Shown here: one piece after another, positions 1 to 11,900 of the stretch
How positions within the stretch are numbered: position 1 is the first letter of the stretch
Layout: the number at the start of each line of letters is the position of its first letter
Assembly (NCBI GenBank): GCA_000004985.1
Contig: GG738874.1
Length of the DNA: 64,000 nt
Reading direction: 5' to 3' (one strand)
Origin: Naegleria gruberi
Lineage: Eukaryota
Made by a program: the position numbers and the translations under genes
The notes under the pieces: model-generated
Seen by the model: only the letters and a program-made list of their open reading frames with translations
Databases searched by the model: none
Told to the model about the DNA's origin: nothing

Positions 1-174
1 AAGCAAATTGAAACACTTCCCGATGATATGTTCAATATTTTGGAGAAGGAAACTTGTTTGGTAATGATGGATACTCACCACAGGTTTAAGCAATCACTTG
101 CTTTCCAACGTGAAATGAAGATTGATAAGATTAAGATTGACAAACTGAAAAAGAAGAGAAATGTAGATTTTTAA
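1..174 (+). CDS. Partial 3' end of a membrane-anchored RGS-domain protein paralog (the gene continues upstream of the window). Encodes ...KQIETLPDDMFNILEKETCLVMMDTHHRFKQSLAFQREMKIDKIKIDKLKKKRNVDF*
   Basis: Open frame runs from nt 1 to TAA at 172-174. About 90% identical at DNA and protein level to the C-terminus of the RGS gene at 62788-64000(-). Clearly homologous to the C-terminus of the gene at 27303-28889(+). Confidence 0.6.
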   Translation, partial: KQIETLPDDMFNILEKETCLVMMDTHHRFKQSLAFQREMKIDKIKIDKLKKKRNVDF

Positions 175-324
175 TATAAAGCAAATAAAAACTTTTAGTG
201 ATAATTAGTGGGCATTCCCAAGTTTAAACATCTACAGCCTACAAATGTACTTACATCTCAATCTGGCCATTTCAATCTTCCAATCTAAATCCAAACACAA
301 TATTTTCTCACGTTAGAATTTGGT

Positions 325-2364
325 TTATTTACAAAAACATGTTAGGTCAGTGAATTTACAGGTTATATCTTGGTTAGAATCAGAACAGAAACGAAAGAGA
401 TTCTCTCTCATTCGTTTAGTGTACTTGCAGGTGAGTCCATCTATTTGTTCTTCATTGCTCAGGTAGGAATAATAGTCCAAAGATTCAATAGTTCTTTGAA
501 CTTCGTCCTCTTTGAGTTCAATATCAATACTATTATCATAGTAATTGGGAATGAGGGAGAGGAAACAACGTTGTTGTCCTCTCACTAGATAAATCAATCT
601 ATCAGATGTTGCTCTTTCCATTGCCATGTTCAAAATTCGTTTGAAAAGTACTTCAACTTGTTCAACAAATTTTTCCTCAGAAAGCAGGAAGAACCTATAA
701 CATAGGAGATAGAATTTTTCATTCATACTCTTAAAGATTGAAAAATTGTTAGGGTGTAATGAGATTGCTCTAGAGAAGAGTGTTTCAGATCGCTTATCCT
801 CACCATCCTTATAGAGACAATAGCCAAGTATTGAGAGGAGAACTGGATTGAATTTACCTTCCACTGGGAATAATCTCATTACTTTGGTAAGATTATTTGC
901 TACAAGGTTGGATTCACCCAGAGCACACTCAATCGATCCACAGAAAGATCCACGTCCATTCAGTAGAAATGAGTCCTGAAAGTATTGTTCAGGGAGGGAA
1001 ATTCTCTTATTGGATAGGTTAATGACCTCTCTTGGAGATTTAATCTTGGCAAAAATGTTGGCTTCTTTGAGAGATTTGAGTGATATCTGGTTCATCTTTT
1101 TGAGAGTATGGCCACCACTATCATGGAATACCAAATCGTGAATTTTGGCTCTCAACATGAGTTCTTCATCAGATGAAGTGCAGTTTGGTTGTTGGGGATG
1201 GTAATTTGAAACTGAGGATGAAGTATTGGTCAACTGTTCTAAAGTGTGACAAACGAGTGCAATTTGACACAGTACTCTCGATGGAATCAAATTACCAAAG
1301 GCCATACTCTTACACAGATATCTATATTGCATACGGAGTTGATCTGGTGGTACTGTTTCTGTGGAGACTTGTTGGCAATTCGATGCAATATATTGTAATC
1401 GCCACAATTCTCCCATTGTAACATCTCTATGGTGTTGGTAAATGAAATTAATATCCTTCTCGAAGTTATGTTGAAAGATGTGTTGCTGGTTGTGGTCTTT
1501 CATTTTACGAAGTGAGACAAAATCCAAATGAGAATGTTGTGAATGATTCAATGTTGAAGAATGATTTCTAGTATTTGTTCTGTGGTGATGTCGAGAACAA
1601 TTAAGCTTGGAGTAAACTTCCTCTCCAAGAGCTATTCCCTTTGAGGATGTCTTTTTCATTTCCTCAAAGTTTCCACAAATGTAATACTCTACTGAATCAA
1701 TCCATAATTCAATCCTCTTCAATATACTCTCCTGTGTTTGTTGTTGGACTTTTAGTGGAGAGAAGTGTATTACTGTTCCTTCCTCTTGATGGTTCTCTTT
1801 TGAATTCTGATACGATAGTGCAACCAATTTCATTTGTTTCAAATAATCTCTGGCAATTTCTATATAGTGCAGTGCTTCTTTTAATCTTTCTCTACACGGA
1901 CTCAACAATTCATTTCTCAGAGTTTCATCATGAATTGTATCTCCCAAAATCTGAGCATACAATAAGGGAGCAAGAAAATGTTTCTCCTCCTCTTTCGAAT
2001 ATTTACAAGTGGCTTGCTTTAAACATCCCAATGCAGATTCAATTTCCAACCTTTCGTATTGAATAATTGCTTCATCAATTAGTTTCCTATACTCCTCAAT
2101 CATTAAATTCCTCTTCTTCTTTCCATCAAATGCATTGATTGTATTACTGGTACAAACAGCAGTATTATGATGTATTGAATGATTAGAATGTTTCGTTAGG
2201 AGACAAGCAGAAGAAGAAGAAGAACCATAACATTGAAACAGAATTAAAAGAGGATCATCATGTGGACAACAATTACAATGATTTTTCGTAAAATCAAAAT
2301 AGAAAGGATTCAAATAGTGTTGGGATAGAATAACTCGAGAGGGTGAAGTAGGCGTTCTTCTCAT
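325..2364 (-). CDS. Hypothetical protein, 679 aa, no recognisable domain
   Basis: Long ORF with a true ATG at 2364-2362 and uniform coding-like composition. No family motif recognised by eye. Confidence 0.5.
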   Translation of the reverse strand: MRRTPTSPSRVILSQHYLNPFYFDFTKNHCNCCPHDDPLLILFQCYGSSSSSACLLTKHSNHSIHHNTAVCTSNTINAFDGKKKRNLMIEEYRKLIDEAIIQYERLEIESALGCLKQATCKYSKEEEKHFLAPLLYAQILGDTIHDETLRNELLSPCRERLKEALHYIEIARDYLKQMKLVALSYQNSKENHQEEGTVIHFSPLKVQQQTQESILKRIELWIDSVEYYICGNFEEMKKTSSKGIALGEEVYSKLNCSRHHHRTNTRNHSSTLNHSQHSHLDFVSLRKMKDHNQQHIFQHNFEKDINFIYQHHRDVTMGELWRLQYIASNCQQVSTETVPPDQLRMQYRYLCKSMAFGNLIPSRVLCQIALVCHTLEQLTNTSSSVSNYHPQQPNCTSSDEELMLRAKIHDLVFHDSGGHTLKKMNQISLKSLKEANIFAKIKSPREVINLSNKRISLPEQYFQDSFLLNGRGSFCGSIECALGESNLVANNLTKVMRLFPVEGKFNPVLLSILGYCLYKDGEDKRSETLFSRAISLHPNNFSIFKSMNEKFYLLCYRFFLLSEEKFVEQVEVLFKRILNMAMERATSDRLIYLVRGQQRCFLSLIPNYYDNSIDIELKEDEVQRTIESLDYYSYLSNEEQIDGLTCKYTKRMRENLFRFCSDSNQDITCKFTDLTCFCK

Positions 2365-2960
2365 CTCTATGGCTCTTCAATATTTAAATCTTCTCGATCC
2401 GAAATGCTCTTTGATGTTCAAATCATCAAGAATCAAACTTTACCGCGCAGAGTTTTCGTTACGTAAAAGGCAGCAGTTTGAGAGTTTTCTTTTTTTCTTT
2501 TGAGGTTCTTGTTGTAGTTTTTGGTAGAAATGCATTTTGAGAAACGTGATAGGAAGGAATGAGACCAATTTATCTCTCTTGTTTAATGTCTCACTTTGTA
2601 AGATGATTTTTAATCAGCATCAGCATCATAGGAATGAAAAATAATAAAAATCAATGATGAAGAATTAGATTTGTTCCGATGTAGAAGAATATGTAATAAT
2701 TAGTGAAGGAAGAATATTGTTCTTCTTTTTAGAATAACATGTAAGAGTAGGAAGAAATAACTGATAGATTATGCACCCGCTTAAGAGGAGAAATTATCTT
2801 CAATTATTTTTAGAGTTGACCAATCGCGTAGATTTAAAATGTGGGTCCTAAATTCATTTGTTCATCTCAATTCATCAAAAAAAACATCAACACGACATCT
2901 TTGTCATCTTTGTATTAAACCAATCATCTTTAAAAATCATTTAAAAATACAACCACAACA

Positions 2961-4091
2961 ATGAGATCATCAAGAAAATTACTCAAACTTGCTCCATTAT
3001 TTGCTGTAGCTTCGTATGGAGTTATATCAATGAAGGATACAGATCTTGTCTCTAAATTTTTTAATTATGATCGTAAACAGTTCTATCATCAATTCATGCC
3101 AAATCATCACTTTCTAGTTCAGGCCGAGGAAGAAACTTTGAAACCACAATCTGGTGTGGTGACTGGTAACTTCCCACAAATGGCAATTATCAGCATTAAA
3201 TTGAAAGATTACAAGAATTATGAAAAGGTTTTGAAAGCAGTTTCTCTTGTTCCTTCAATTGTTGAGGAATTGACAGGAGATAAACAAGTCGATGCAGAAG
3301 ATGAATTTGCATTGCCACCTGTCATGATTAATGTTGCACTGAGTACTAGATTTTGGAACTTTTTAAATTCAAAAGATGGAGCTACCTTCAAAAAGCCAGA
3401 AGGTTACACTAAGGATTATGAAACTAAAACAGGAGAGTTTGGTTCAATGCCATATAAGGAAACTGAAATTGTCTTGCATGTAAAGGCAGAGAATACCTCA
3501 ATTTGTTATCAAGCCATTGATCAATTTTTGTCCAATCTCCCAAAGGATGCACTTGAATCAGTGAATGAACATTACGGATTCCAATATCAAGATTCAAGAG
3601 ATTTGAGCAAATTCATTGATGGTATCAATAATCCATCCGGAAATGATGATCGTTCAGTAGCTGCTCTCAATTCACAAAAGGGAAGTTTCCTCATTCATCA
3701 AAAGTGGGTCCATCACCACCATTTAGATTCCAAATTTTCAGTTAAGGATCAGGAGGCATTCGTTGGAAGGGAGAGAGTTTCTGGAGCCGAATTACCAACT
3801 CTACCACCCTCTTCACACGTTGCCAGAATGAGACGACCAAATGGTGATATCATTCCAATTGTGAGACAGAGTTTCCCTTATGGTACAGTGAGTGGAGAAC
3901 ATGGATTATTGTTCATTGCTTACAGTAATAACATTGAAAAGTATGAAACTCTATTGGATGCCATGGTTGGTAAAGTGCACGGCAAACATAATGATGCCAT
4001 CATGAAATTCTCCAATTGCCACTACTCTAATTATTATTACGTTCCATCCATCAATGAATTGAATTCTATCAAGACAAAATTTAATAAATAA
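2961..4091 (+). CDS. Secreted DyP-type (dye-decolorizing) peroxidase-like protein, 376 aa
   Basis: True ATG. Hydrophobic N-terminus MRSSRKLLKLAPLFAVASYGVIS looks like a signal peptide. Motif RDLSKFIDGINNP matches the DyP fingerprint RDLTGFxDGTxNP (GxxDG). C-terminal ...FPYGTVSGEHGLLFIAYSNNIEKYE resembles the DyP C-terminal block. Confidence 0.5.
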   Translation: MRSSRKLLKLAPLFAVASYGVISMKDTDLVSKFFNYDRKQFYHQFMPNHHFLVQAEEETLKPQSGVVTGNFPQMAIISIKLKDYKNYEKVLKAVSLVPSIVEELTGDKQVDAEDEFALPPVMINVALSTRFWNFLNSKDGATFKKPEGYTKDYETKTGEFGSMPYKETEIVLHVKAENTSICYQAIDQFLSNLPKDALESVNEHYGFQYQDSRDLSKFIDGINNPSGNDDRSVAALNSQKGSFLIHQKWVHHHHLDSKFSVKDQEAFVGRERVSGAELPTLPPSSHVARMRRPNGDIIPIVRQSFPYGTVSGEHGLLFIAYSNNIEKYETLLDAMVGKVHGKHNDAIMKFSNCHYSNYYYVPSINELNSIKTKFNK

Positions 4092-4422
4092 TGAATACTT
4101 ATAATAAAGTGAAATAAGTAGCTATTCACAAGCCCTTAATCAGTAATTGATGGATAACCTTGTTGCTTCTACAGTTCATCGGTTATGAACCAGTCACAAG
4201 GCCATACAAGTTAAAGGACGAGCAAATCTCCTTAACGCCCGTAATCTCTACTACTGTAAAATCCAAAGTGCATTTTCTTATCTTTAAAAAAACGGCAAGT
4301 TTGTTCATCTGTTGCTGCTTAACAGAACCCTACCACTAGGCTAACTAAGAATAAGGGTCCTTCCTTATATTCTTCTACACACACTGAATAGATCAGATTA
4401 CGCGGTAGTTAACAAGAACACT

Positions 4423-7400
4423 ATGCTTAAAAATTCAAGAGCTGGTCTTTTGACCCTATTGTTGTTTATCGCATGCTTGATAATTAGCATGGAGGAGCAA
4501 CATGTTGAGGCTCGTGGTGGTAGATATTACAGATCACTTGTACAGGTAAATAATATTATAATATTTTATTGTATTAACATGAATAATAACAATAGAAATG
4601 TACATCTTGGGGAGATCCACACATTCGCAAGTTTGGGCGAGGTGGCTTTGACTATTATTCCATCAGTGAATATACACTGGCAGAGACTTCTGACAAGGCT
4701 TTTATTATGCAGGTCAGAACTGGTCGTCTTGTCAGTGTTAGTGGTAATACTGCATTTGTTATTAAATTTGATGGAGAAACAACTATTGAACTAATTGCTC
4801 AATGCAATTGTTTCAGATTGAATGGAGAACCTATTGATATTGCTCTCAACAAACCATTACAATTGACATCAAAGGGATCTACTCTCACGAGACCAAGTGA
4901 ATTTTTCGGTATTTTCAAATCAGCAAATGGTGCTACCATCATGTACTCATTCTTTTCGAGGGGAGAAACTCGTTATCTTGATTTCAGTATTGATGCACCA
5001 ACTAACCTTAATTTCTCACATGGTTTTTGTGTTAGTTCTGCTAAGGGAGCCATTAATGACAATCTCTTCTACAAGCCTCTTGAAAAGACTAGAACCATCA
5101 AGGCATCAAGTGTAAATAATAAGCTTTTCGATAAGGTAACCGATACCCAACAACAAAAAGCTGAGAATACTTGTAAGAAGGCAGGAATAGACCCTAAGAA
5201 ACATCCAAATGACTATAGTTCTTGTGTAATTGATGCTTTGATTGATCCAAAGAATGCCAAACAGATTGCCAAAGGAATGGTCAAGAATCAAAAGAGGGAA
5301 GAAAAAGCAGCTATTTCTGTCGCTAAGGATACTATTCGAACAATGGATAAGAAGGATCTGGTAAAATTTATTTCCAAAATAGTTGTTTCTGAGGAAAAGA
5401 AGAAGGCTGCTGTTCAAGAAACAAAAACTCCAAGTGCAAAAACTGTTTCCAAGACTTTGAAGGCATTGTCTGTTGATAACTTGATCAATACATTGGATAA
5501 GATTATTGACAATAAGAAGGTTACCGTAAAAACCATTAATTCTACAAAGAAGAAACAAGAAAAGGAACAACATAAGGCTAAAAACAATTCCGAAATGAAA
5601 CAAACTCAAGGTGTTTCTCCAAAAGTTACTGAAAACAAATTTAAACAAGAAGTTCAAAAAATTACTGAAGGAAAGAGTCCAGTCAAGAGATTGATTAAAA
5701 CCAAGTCAATTGATGACAAGCCAATAACAGTTGAAAAAAAGATTAAATCAAAGGTTGCTCAAGAGTCTCTCGTACCAAAGAAGAATGTTGAAAAGAGGAC
5801 ACAACAAACTTCAAAGATCAACTTTGGAAAGAATGACACCACCTTTAGAAAGAGAAAGAAGCAGACTTCTACAGCAACAAAGAAAGAAGCCAAACCAAAG
5901 AAGAAGTCAACCAAGGTTGAATCTGATTTCACTCAATCTTTTGATTCCAAACCAGTTGTCGAAAAGAAGAAGCCAAAAACTTTAAATATTGAATCTCAAT
6001 CTGTTTCAACTAAAAAGCCAGCAACCTCTCAAAAAATTACTGAGGGAAAGAGTCCTGTTAAGATATTGATTAAAACCAAGTCAGTTGATGACAAGTCAAT
6101 AACAGTTGAAAAAAAGATTAAATCAAAGGTTGCTCAAAAGTCTCTCGAACCAAAGAAGAATGTTGAAAAGAGGACACAACAAACTTCAAAGATCAAGTTT
6201 GGAAAGAGAAAGAAGCAGACTTCTCCTTCCACAAAGAAAGAAGCTAAATCAAAGAAAGCTGATGATGAAGAAATGAAACCAAAGAAGAATTCAACCAAGG
6301 TTGAATCCACTCAATCTTTTGATTCCAAACCAGTTGTCGAAAAAAAGATTAGTCCAGTTACGAGATTTATTACAACCAAGGCGGTTTCTACAAAGAGTGA
6401 TCAAGAAACTAAACCAAAGAAGAAAAAAGAGGTTGAAGCGCCAAAGAAGAACTCAAAAACTACTTCAGAAAAGTCCAAGAAACAATCAAAGAAATCAAAG
6501 AAGCAAGTTGAGCAAACATCTGAAAAATCAGGAAAGAAAAATACAAAGAAAGTTTCCAAGAAGACAACTGAAATCAGTGATTCTTCAAAGAAGACATCTG
6601 ACATCAAAGAAACTAAACCAAAGAAGGGTAAGAAGTTGGTCAAGGATAGCTCTGAAAAGAAGGTTAGTAAATCAGTGAAATCATCAATGAAGACAAAATC
6701 AAAGAAGGAAGTTGATTCTCAACAAGATATACCAAAGAAGACCTCTGAAGGCAAGGAAACAAAACCAAAGAAATCTGCCATTTCAAGTAAATCTGTCGAT
6801 TCATCTCCAACCATTAAGCAAGAAACAAAACCAAAGAAAGGGTCTTCTGGAAAGAATGGTAATGTTTCAAATGAAACACCACAGAAATCAAAGAAGGAGG
6901 ACTCCAAGATTTCTTATCAAGAAAAGAAGCAAAAAAAGAAGGTAAAAAAGGTAAAGAAGGGAGCTTCAACATCTAGCAAAAAATCAACCTCTGAAACAAG
7001 TGCTAAATCAAAGAAGGATAGTTCTCGAAATGAAGATGAAATTTCAATTCCTTCCAAGAAATCAAAGGGTGGAAAGAAAAAGGATTTAACTAGTTCAGTT
7101 GATGCTGCAAAAAAGCAAAAGAGCAAGAAGGAACAAGTTCAAAGTAATGATGAATCCACAACCATTCAAAACAAAAAGAAAAAGAGAAAGGACACAAGCA
7201 CTTCTAACTCTTCTGTCGAAACTCCAAAGAAGGACAAGGCTTCCAAGAAGAACGCTAATTCTGAAGATGAAGCACCAAAGCTTAGAATTCCAATTAGGAA
7301 ATCCAGACAAGCTCAAGGTAATGAAGAAACACCAATTCAATCAAAGAAATCAAAGGGTGGTAAGAAAAAGATTCCAAAGGTAGATAAATCCAACAAGTCG

Positions 7401-8426
7401 GAAAAATCACAAGATAAACCAAAGCTCAGAATTCCATCCAGAAAAACCAGTCCATCTCGAGATGATGAAGAAGTACCAAAACTTAGAATTCCAACTAGAG
7501 GTCAATCCAATTCTCCAAAGAATGCTCCAAAGCAAAGTGAAACTTCATCTCAACAAAGAATCGAATCAGGTATGATGACTATCAAGTCTGTTGATTCTGT
7601 TCCAGTTACTGTTGAAAGAACCCAAAAGAATACAATCTCTACACCAAAGGTTAGAATTCCAACCAAGAAAGGGAAAGATTCAAAGAAACAACCAAAGACT
7701 GAATCAATAAGTTCTTCTCAAAATGAAAGTGCAATTGACTTGGCTTCTGAGAGAGTGGAACCAACTCGTCGTCTTCGTGAAACAGCAACAACAGAATCAA
7801 GTGGTAAGAAGAAGAAGGAAACTGTTGAATCTGCTCAACAAATTCCTTCCGAAGAGGTTAGAGAAGTGAGCGAACCAGCCCTTTCTTCTGAAACATCAAA
7901 ACCAACATCCAAAGGTAAACCAAAGGAAAAGAAATCCAATAGAAGATCCAAGAGAACCTCTCACAATGTATCCCGTTATGTCCCAATTGAGAAAAGTCCA
8001 CAATCCAGAGCTGTAGAAAAACCAACATCTGTGAATCAATCTATTAAGACCATCATTAATGTTCCTACGCCTGCAGTTCCAAAACAAAAACAATGTAGAC
8101 CCTCCAAAGTACCATCCCCAGATAAGAAATTGATCTCACAATTGTCCAAGTTGAAGAGAAGAAACGAGAAATTAGCTCGTCATCTCAAGCAAGTTACTCG
8201 CTTCAATCAACAACAAACAGCTTGGAATAGAAAGATGTCCCAATCTCTTCGTTCTGAACATGAAAGTAAGGACAGATTAAAGCACTATCTCCAACGATTA
8301 AGACTTGAATTATCTGACCTAGAGAGAAGTAATCAATTTCAACAAAATCAACAACCAACTGCCGTTACAAATGATAACCAGCAATCTATCGTTCTCAATG
8401 TTGTAGGTTCACCAAATTTACAATAA
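4423..8426 (+). CDS. Giant secreted lysine-rich low-complexity protein with an N-terminal VWD-like GDPH domain (gene A), two exons: join(4423..4545,4596..8426)
   Basis: Exon 1 (ATG 4423, 41 codons, hydrophobic signal peptide) ends in phase 0 before GTAAAT at 4546. Acceptor is caatAG at 4594-4595. Exon 2 reads KCTSWGDPHIRKFGRGGFDYYSISEYTLAE..., the VWD consensus CxxWGDPHYxTFDGxxYxF. Then ~1100 aa of K/S/T/P-rich repeats (SPVKxLIKTKSxDDK, PKLRIPxRK) and a C-terminal coiled coil (LKRRNEKLARHLKQ..., RLRLELSDLERS). Confidence 0.6.
4546..4595 (+). other. Intron, 50 nt, GTAAAT...CAATAG, phase 0
   Basis: Donor and acceptor are positioned so that signal-peptide exon 1 joins in frame to the KCTSWGDPH exon. 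The same position and acceptor context (caatagAAATGT) occur in paralog B. Confidence 0.55.
5650..6350 (+). repeat. Intragenic tandem repeat of ~376 bp, two units (ITEGKSPVKxLIKTKSxDDKxITVEKKIKSKVAQxSLxPKKNVEKRTQQTSKIxFGK)
   Basis: Near-identical DNA blocks at ~5655-5835 and ~6031-6215, plus repeated TQSFDSKPVVEKK segments. Confidence 0.6.
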
Positions 8427-8908
8427 ACAGTAATTTACAACGGCGTATAATATACTTCCTACTGTTCCCATGAAGGGCGAGGATTTTTATTGTATTAATA
8501 AATAGAAAATATATCTAGTCCATCTCTTACATCACAATTAATTGGATTCACCACCACATAATGTGATCAAGAATATGATGAACTCCAGTTACCTTAAAAT
8601 TCCTTAGCTTTGAAGAATTACCTGTGTTGCTTATCCCGCAAAATCCTTATACACGTAACTCCCACAAAGCTAGAGATGGCTCAATATGGCAATTGAATGA
8701 TATTACTAGACCAAAAGAGGCTATTGAGGATTCACTTCAGCAGTTTGGTGTGCTATTTAGCAGCGAAAAACAAGTGAGCGAGATTCTAGATGTACAGTAA
8801 ATTGTTATCCGAACTCACAGTATAAATTCACTTTGTACATCTAAATTACCGTTCACTTTGTGATTCATCCTTATCATCTATAAAAAAACAACATAAAGCC
8901 ATACTAAG

Positions 8909-11900
8909 ATGTCATCGAGAGATTTATCCTATTCATTCTTGATTGTTTCCTTGTTGTTACTTGGCATGTTGCTGGGAGTACATGCTGCTGGTCCTGCAGT
9001 TATTAATGCTAAATCAGTCATCAATGCTGTTGTTAAGGTAAGTGTTGATAGTTGAAATTCTGTCGGTTGATATCGTGTTTTTATCTCATTCAACCTTACT
9101 CCTCATTAAATTCCATCCTTAATGTTTCCATTCAATGCCAATAGAAATGTGTTTCTTCAGGCGACCCTCACTTGAGAACATTTAGTGGTACAAGATTTGA
9201 CTATTATTCTGTTGGTGAATATGTCTTGGCTGAAGCTGCCGACAAATCCATCATGATTCATGCTCGTACTGGTAAATTGAATGCTGTTTCTGGTAACATT
9301 GCTGTTGCTTTAGCACTGGACCAGGAAACAGTTTTGGAATATCATGCTAACGGTGCTTACTTTGTTATTGATGGTAAGAACGCTACCATTAAATCTGGTG
9401 AAACTGTTTCATTGGGAACTAAGGGAGCATCTGTAACATATAACAAAGGAAACGTTGCTGTTAAGAGTAGTTCAGGAGCTTCTGTTGACTTGTATGGTTG
9501 GTCCGTCCCAAACCAACTCTCATATTTTGACATTTCCTTTGAAGCTCCAACCACACTTGATATTAATTATGGTTATTGTGTCAGTCAATCAATGGGTACT
9601 CAAAAGGATGGAAGTTACTTTAACAAGCCAATTAAGAGAGTTGCATTGATCAAGACTGCTAGTATTAATGCTGAGCTCAAGGAAGCAACTCCAGAAGAAA
9701 AGAAACAAGCTCGTGCAGCATGTTCTAAGATTTCTGAAAAGGACCATCCAAATGATTTCAAATCGTGTTACACTGATGCCTTGCTCAACCCAGAACTTGC
9801 TTCAAAGTTTGCTAAGGGTATTGTTGGTATGCAAAACATGCAAAAGGTATCAATGAAGGAAGTTGCTAAGGATGCCCTTTCACAAATGGATAAGAAGGAT
9901 ATTGTCAAGCTTGTAGCTAAGGCTACTGTTTCAGAAGCTAAGAAGAATGAAGTTCCAACCGCTTCCACTCAAAAGATTACTTCTGCTTTGAACACCTTGT
10001 CAACTGACAAGTTACTTTCAACATTGGATAAGGTTATTGATAATAAGGCTACTGTAAAGATTGATCCAAAGGCCACCAAACCAGTCGAAAAGAAGATTAC
10101 TCCAGCAAAGGTTGCCGTCAAGTCTGTTGATGCTAAGGTTCCAGTTGTCATGTCTTCCACCACTCAATCTTTAAAGCCAATTAAATTGGTGGAAACTCAA
10201 AAGGTTGTTGAAAAGAAGGTTGAACAAGTTGAAAAGAAGACTGAAACCCCAAAGGTTGTCGAAAAGAAGGTTAAAACTAAGGCTGAAAAAGTTGAAACAA
10301 AACCAGTAGAGAAGAAGACCAAGCCAGTCGAAACTCCAAAGGTTGTTGAAAAGAAAACAGTTGAATCCAAGCTAGTTTCTTCACCAAAGAATTCTACTCA
10401 AACTGTTTCCAAACCAGTTTCTACTGTTAAACCAACTAGTCAGCCAAAGAAACCAGCTACCAAGCCAAGTACTAAGAATGAACAACCAAAGAAGGTACAA
10501 CCAAAGATCAGTAAGCCTGCAGCAAAGACTTCAACCTCTCCAAAAGTTGCTGCCAAGTCTGTTAACTCCAAGCCAGTTTCCGCTCAACCAAAGAAGCCAA
10601 CTTCTTCTAAGCCAATTACCAAGCCAACAATTCCAGTTATTGAAAAGAAGAATACAGCTGTTCCAAAGACAAATTCTACTCAAACTGTAAAGACTGAAAC
10701 CAAGCCAGTCTCAGAAATTAAGATTTCTTCTGTTCAATTCAAGTCAGTCAAATCACCAAAGGTTGTTTCCAAGAGTACTGAAACTATCAAACCAATTAAA
10801 CAGAAGTCTGAAAAAACGAAACTAGTAACAAAGATCGTTTCTGCTCAACCAAAGCCAACAACCAAAATATCCAAACCAGCCTCTAAAACAGAAACTCCCA
10901 AGCCTGCTGCTAAGAGTTCATCCTCTACAAAGGTTGCTGTGAAGTCTGTTAAATCAGTTGCTCCAAAGAATGCTCCTGTCAAGTCAGTTTCTCCAAAGTC
11001 TTCAACCAAGAAGCCAGTTACTGAAAAGAAGGCAACCACTTCTAAGCCTACTATCAAGACTTCAACTTCTCCAAAGGTTTCTGTAAAGTCTGTAAAATCA
11101 GTTCCAGTTAAAAAGGCTCAACCAAAGAAGTCAACCTCTTCAAAGCCGGCTACTTCTAAACCTATTACCAAACCAGTTTCTACTAAATCAACTAGTCAAC
11201 AAAAGAAGCCAACTGCTACCAAGACAAGCACTAAGAATGAACAACCAAAGAAGTCTTCAACAACTCCAAAGGTTGAGACAAAATATTTTGAAAAGAAGTC
11301 TGAAACTTCACCTATTAAGGTTGCCTCTGTTTCATCACCAAATGTTGTCAAGTCAGTTGCTGAAAAGAAGCCAGTTACTAAACCAGCTACTCCAAAGAAG
11401 ACAACTACTTCTAAGCCAGCTACAAAGACCTCTCCAAAGGTTTCTGTAAAGTCTGTAAAATCAGTTCCAGTTAAGAAGGCTCAACCAAAGAAGTCAACCT
11501 CTTCAAAGCCAGCTACTTCTAAACGTGTTACCAAACCAATTTCTACTAAACCAAGTAGTCAAGCAAAGAAGCCAACTGCTACCAAGAGTTCATCCTCTCC
11601 AAAGGTTGTTAAATCAGTTCCAGTTAAGAAGGCCCAACCAAAGATCAGTAAGCCTGCAACAACGACTTCAACCTCTCCAAAAGTTGCTGCCAAGCCAGTT
11701 TCCGCTCAACCAAAGAAGTCAACAACCTCCAAGTCTTCTGCTTCTAAATCTGCTACCAAGACTTCATCTCCAAAGGTTGCTGTAAAGTCTATCAAGTCAG
11801 TTCCAGTTAAGAAGGTTGAAGATTCAATTAAGGTTGCTTCTGTTTCATCACCAAAGATTGCTGTAAAATCTGTAAAGCCAGCTTCTCCAAAGAAACCAAC

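Noticed and set aside
4100-4420. Searched intergenic regions (4100-4420, 8430-8900, 15490-16470, 34750-36125, 59000-60000) for tRNA, rRNA or snRNA-like signatures
   Set aside because: No GTTCGAATCC-type T-arm, acceptor-stem symmetry or rRNA-like conserved blocks were recognised by eye. Small RNAs cannot be excluded without covariance-model searches.
5106-5657. Antisense ORFs inside the lysine-rich genes (e.g., 5106-5657, 6401-6643, 11706-12053, 12078-12443, 17200-17511, 17527-18195, 18307-19320, 19624-19905, 21095-21394, 21959-22342), giving F/L/D/S-rich proteins
   Set aside because: The complement of AAG/AAA/GAA-rich coding repeats is stop-poor by composition. The sense-strand genes have signal peptides, splice sites and conserved domains, so these are artefacts.
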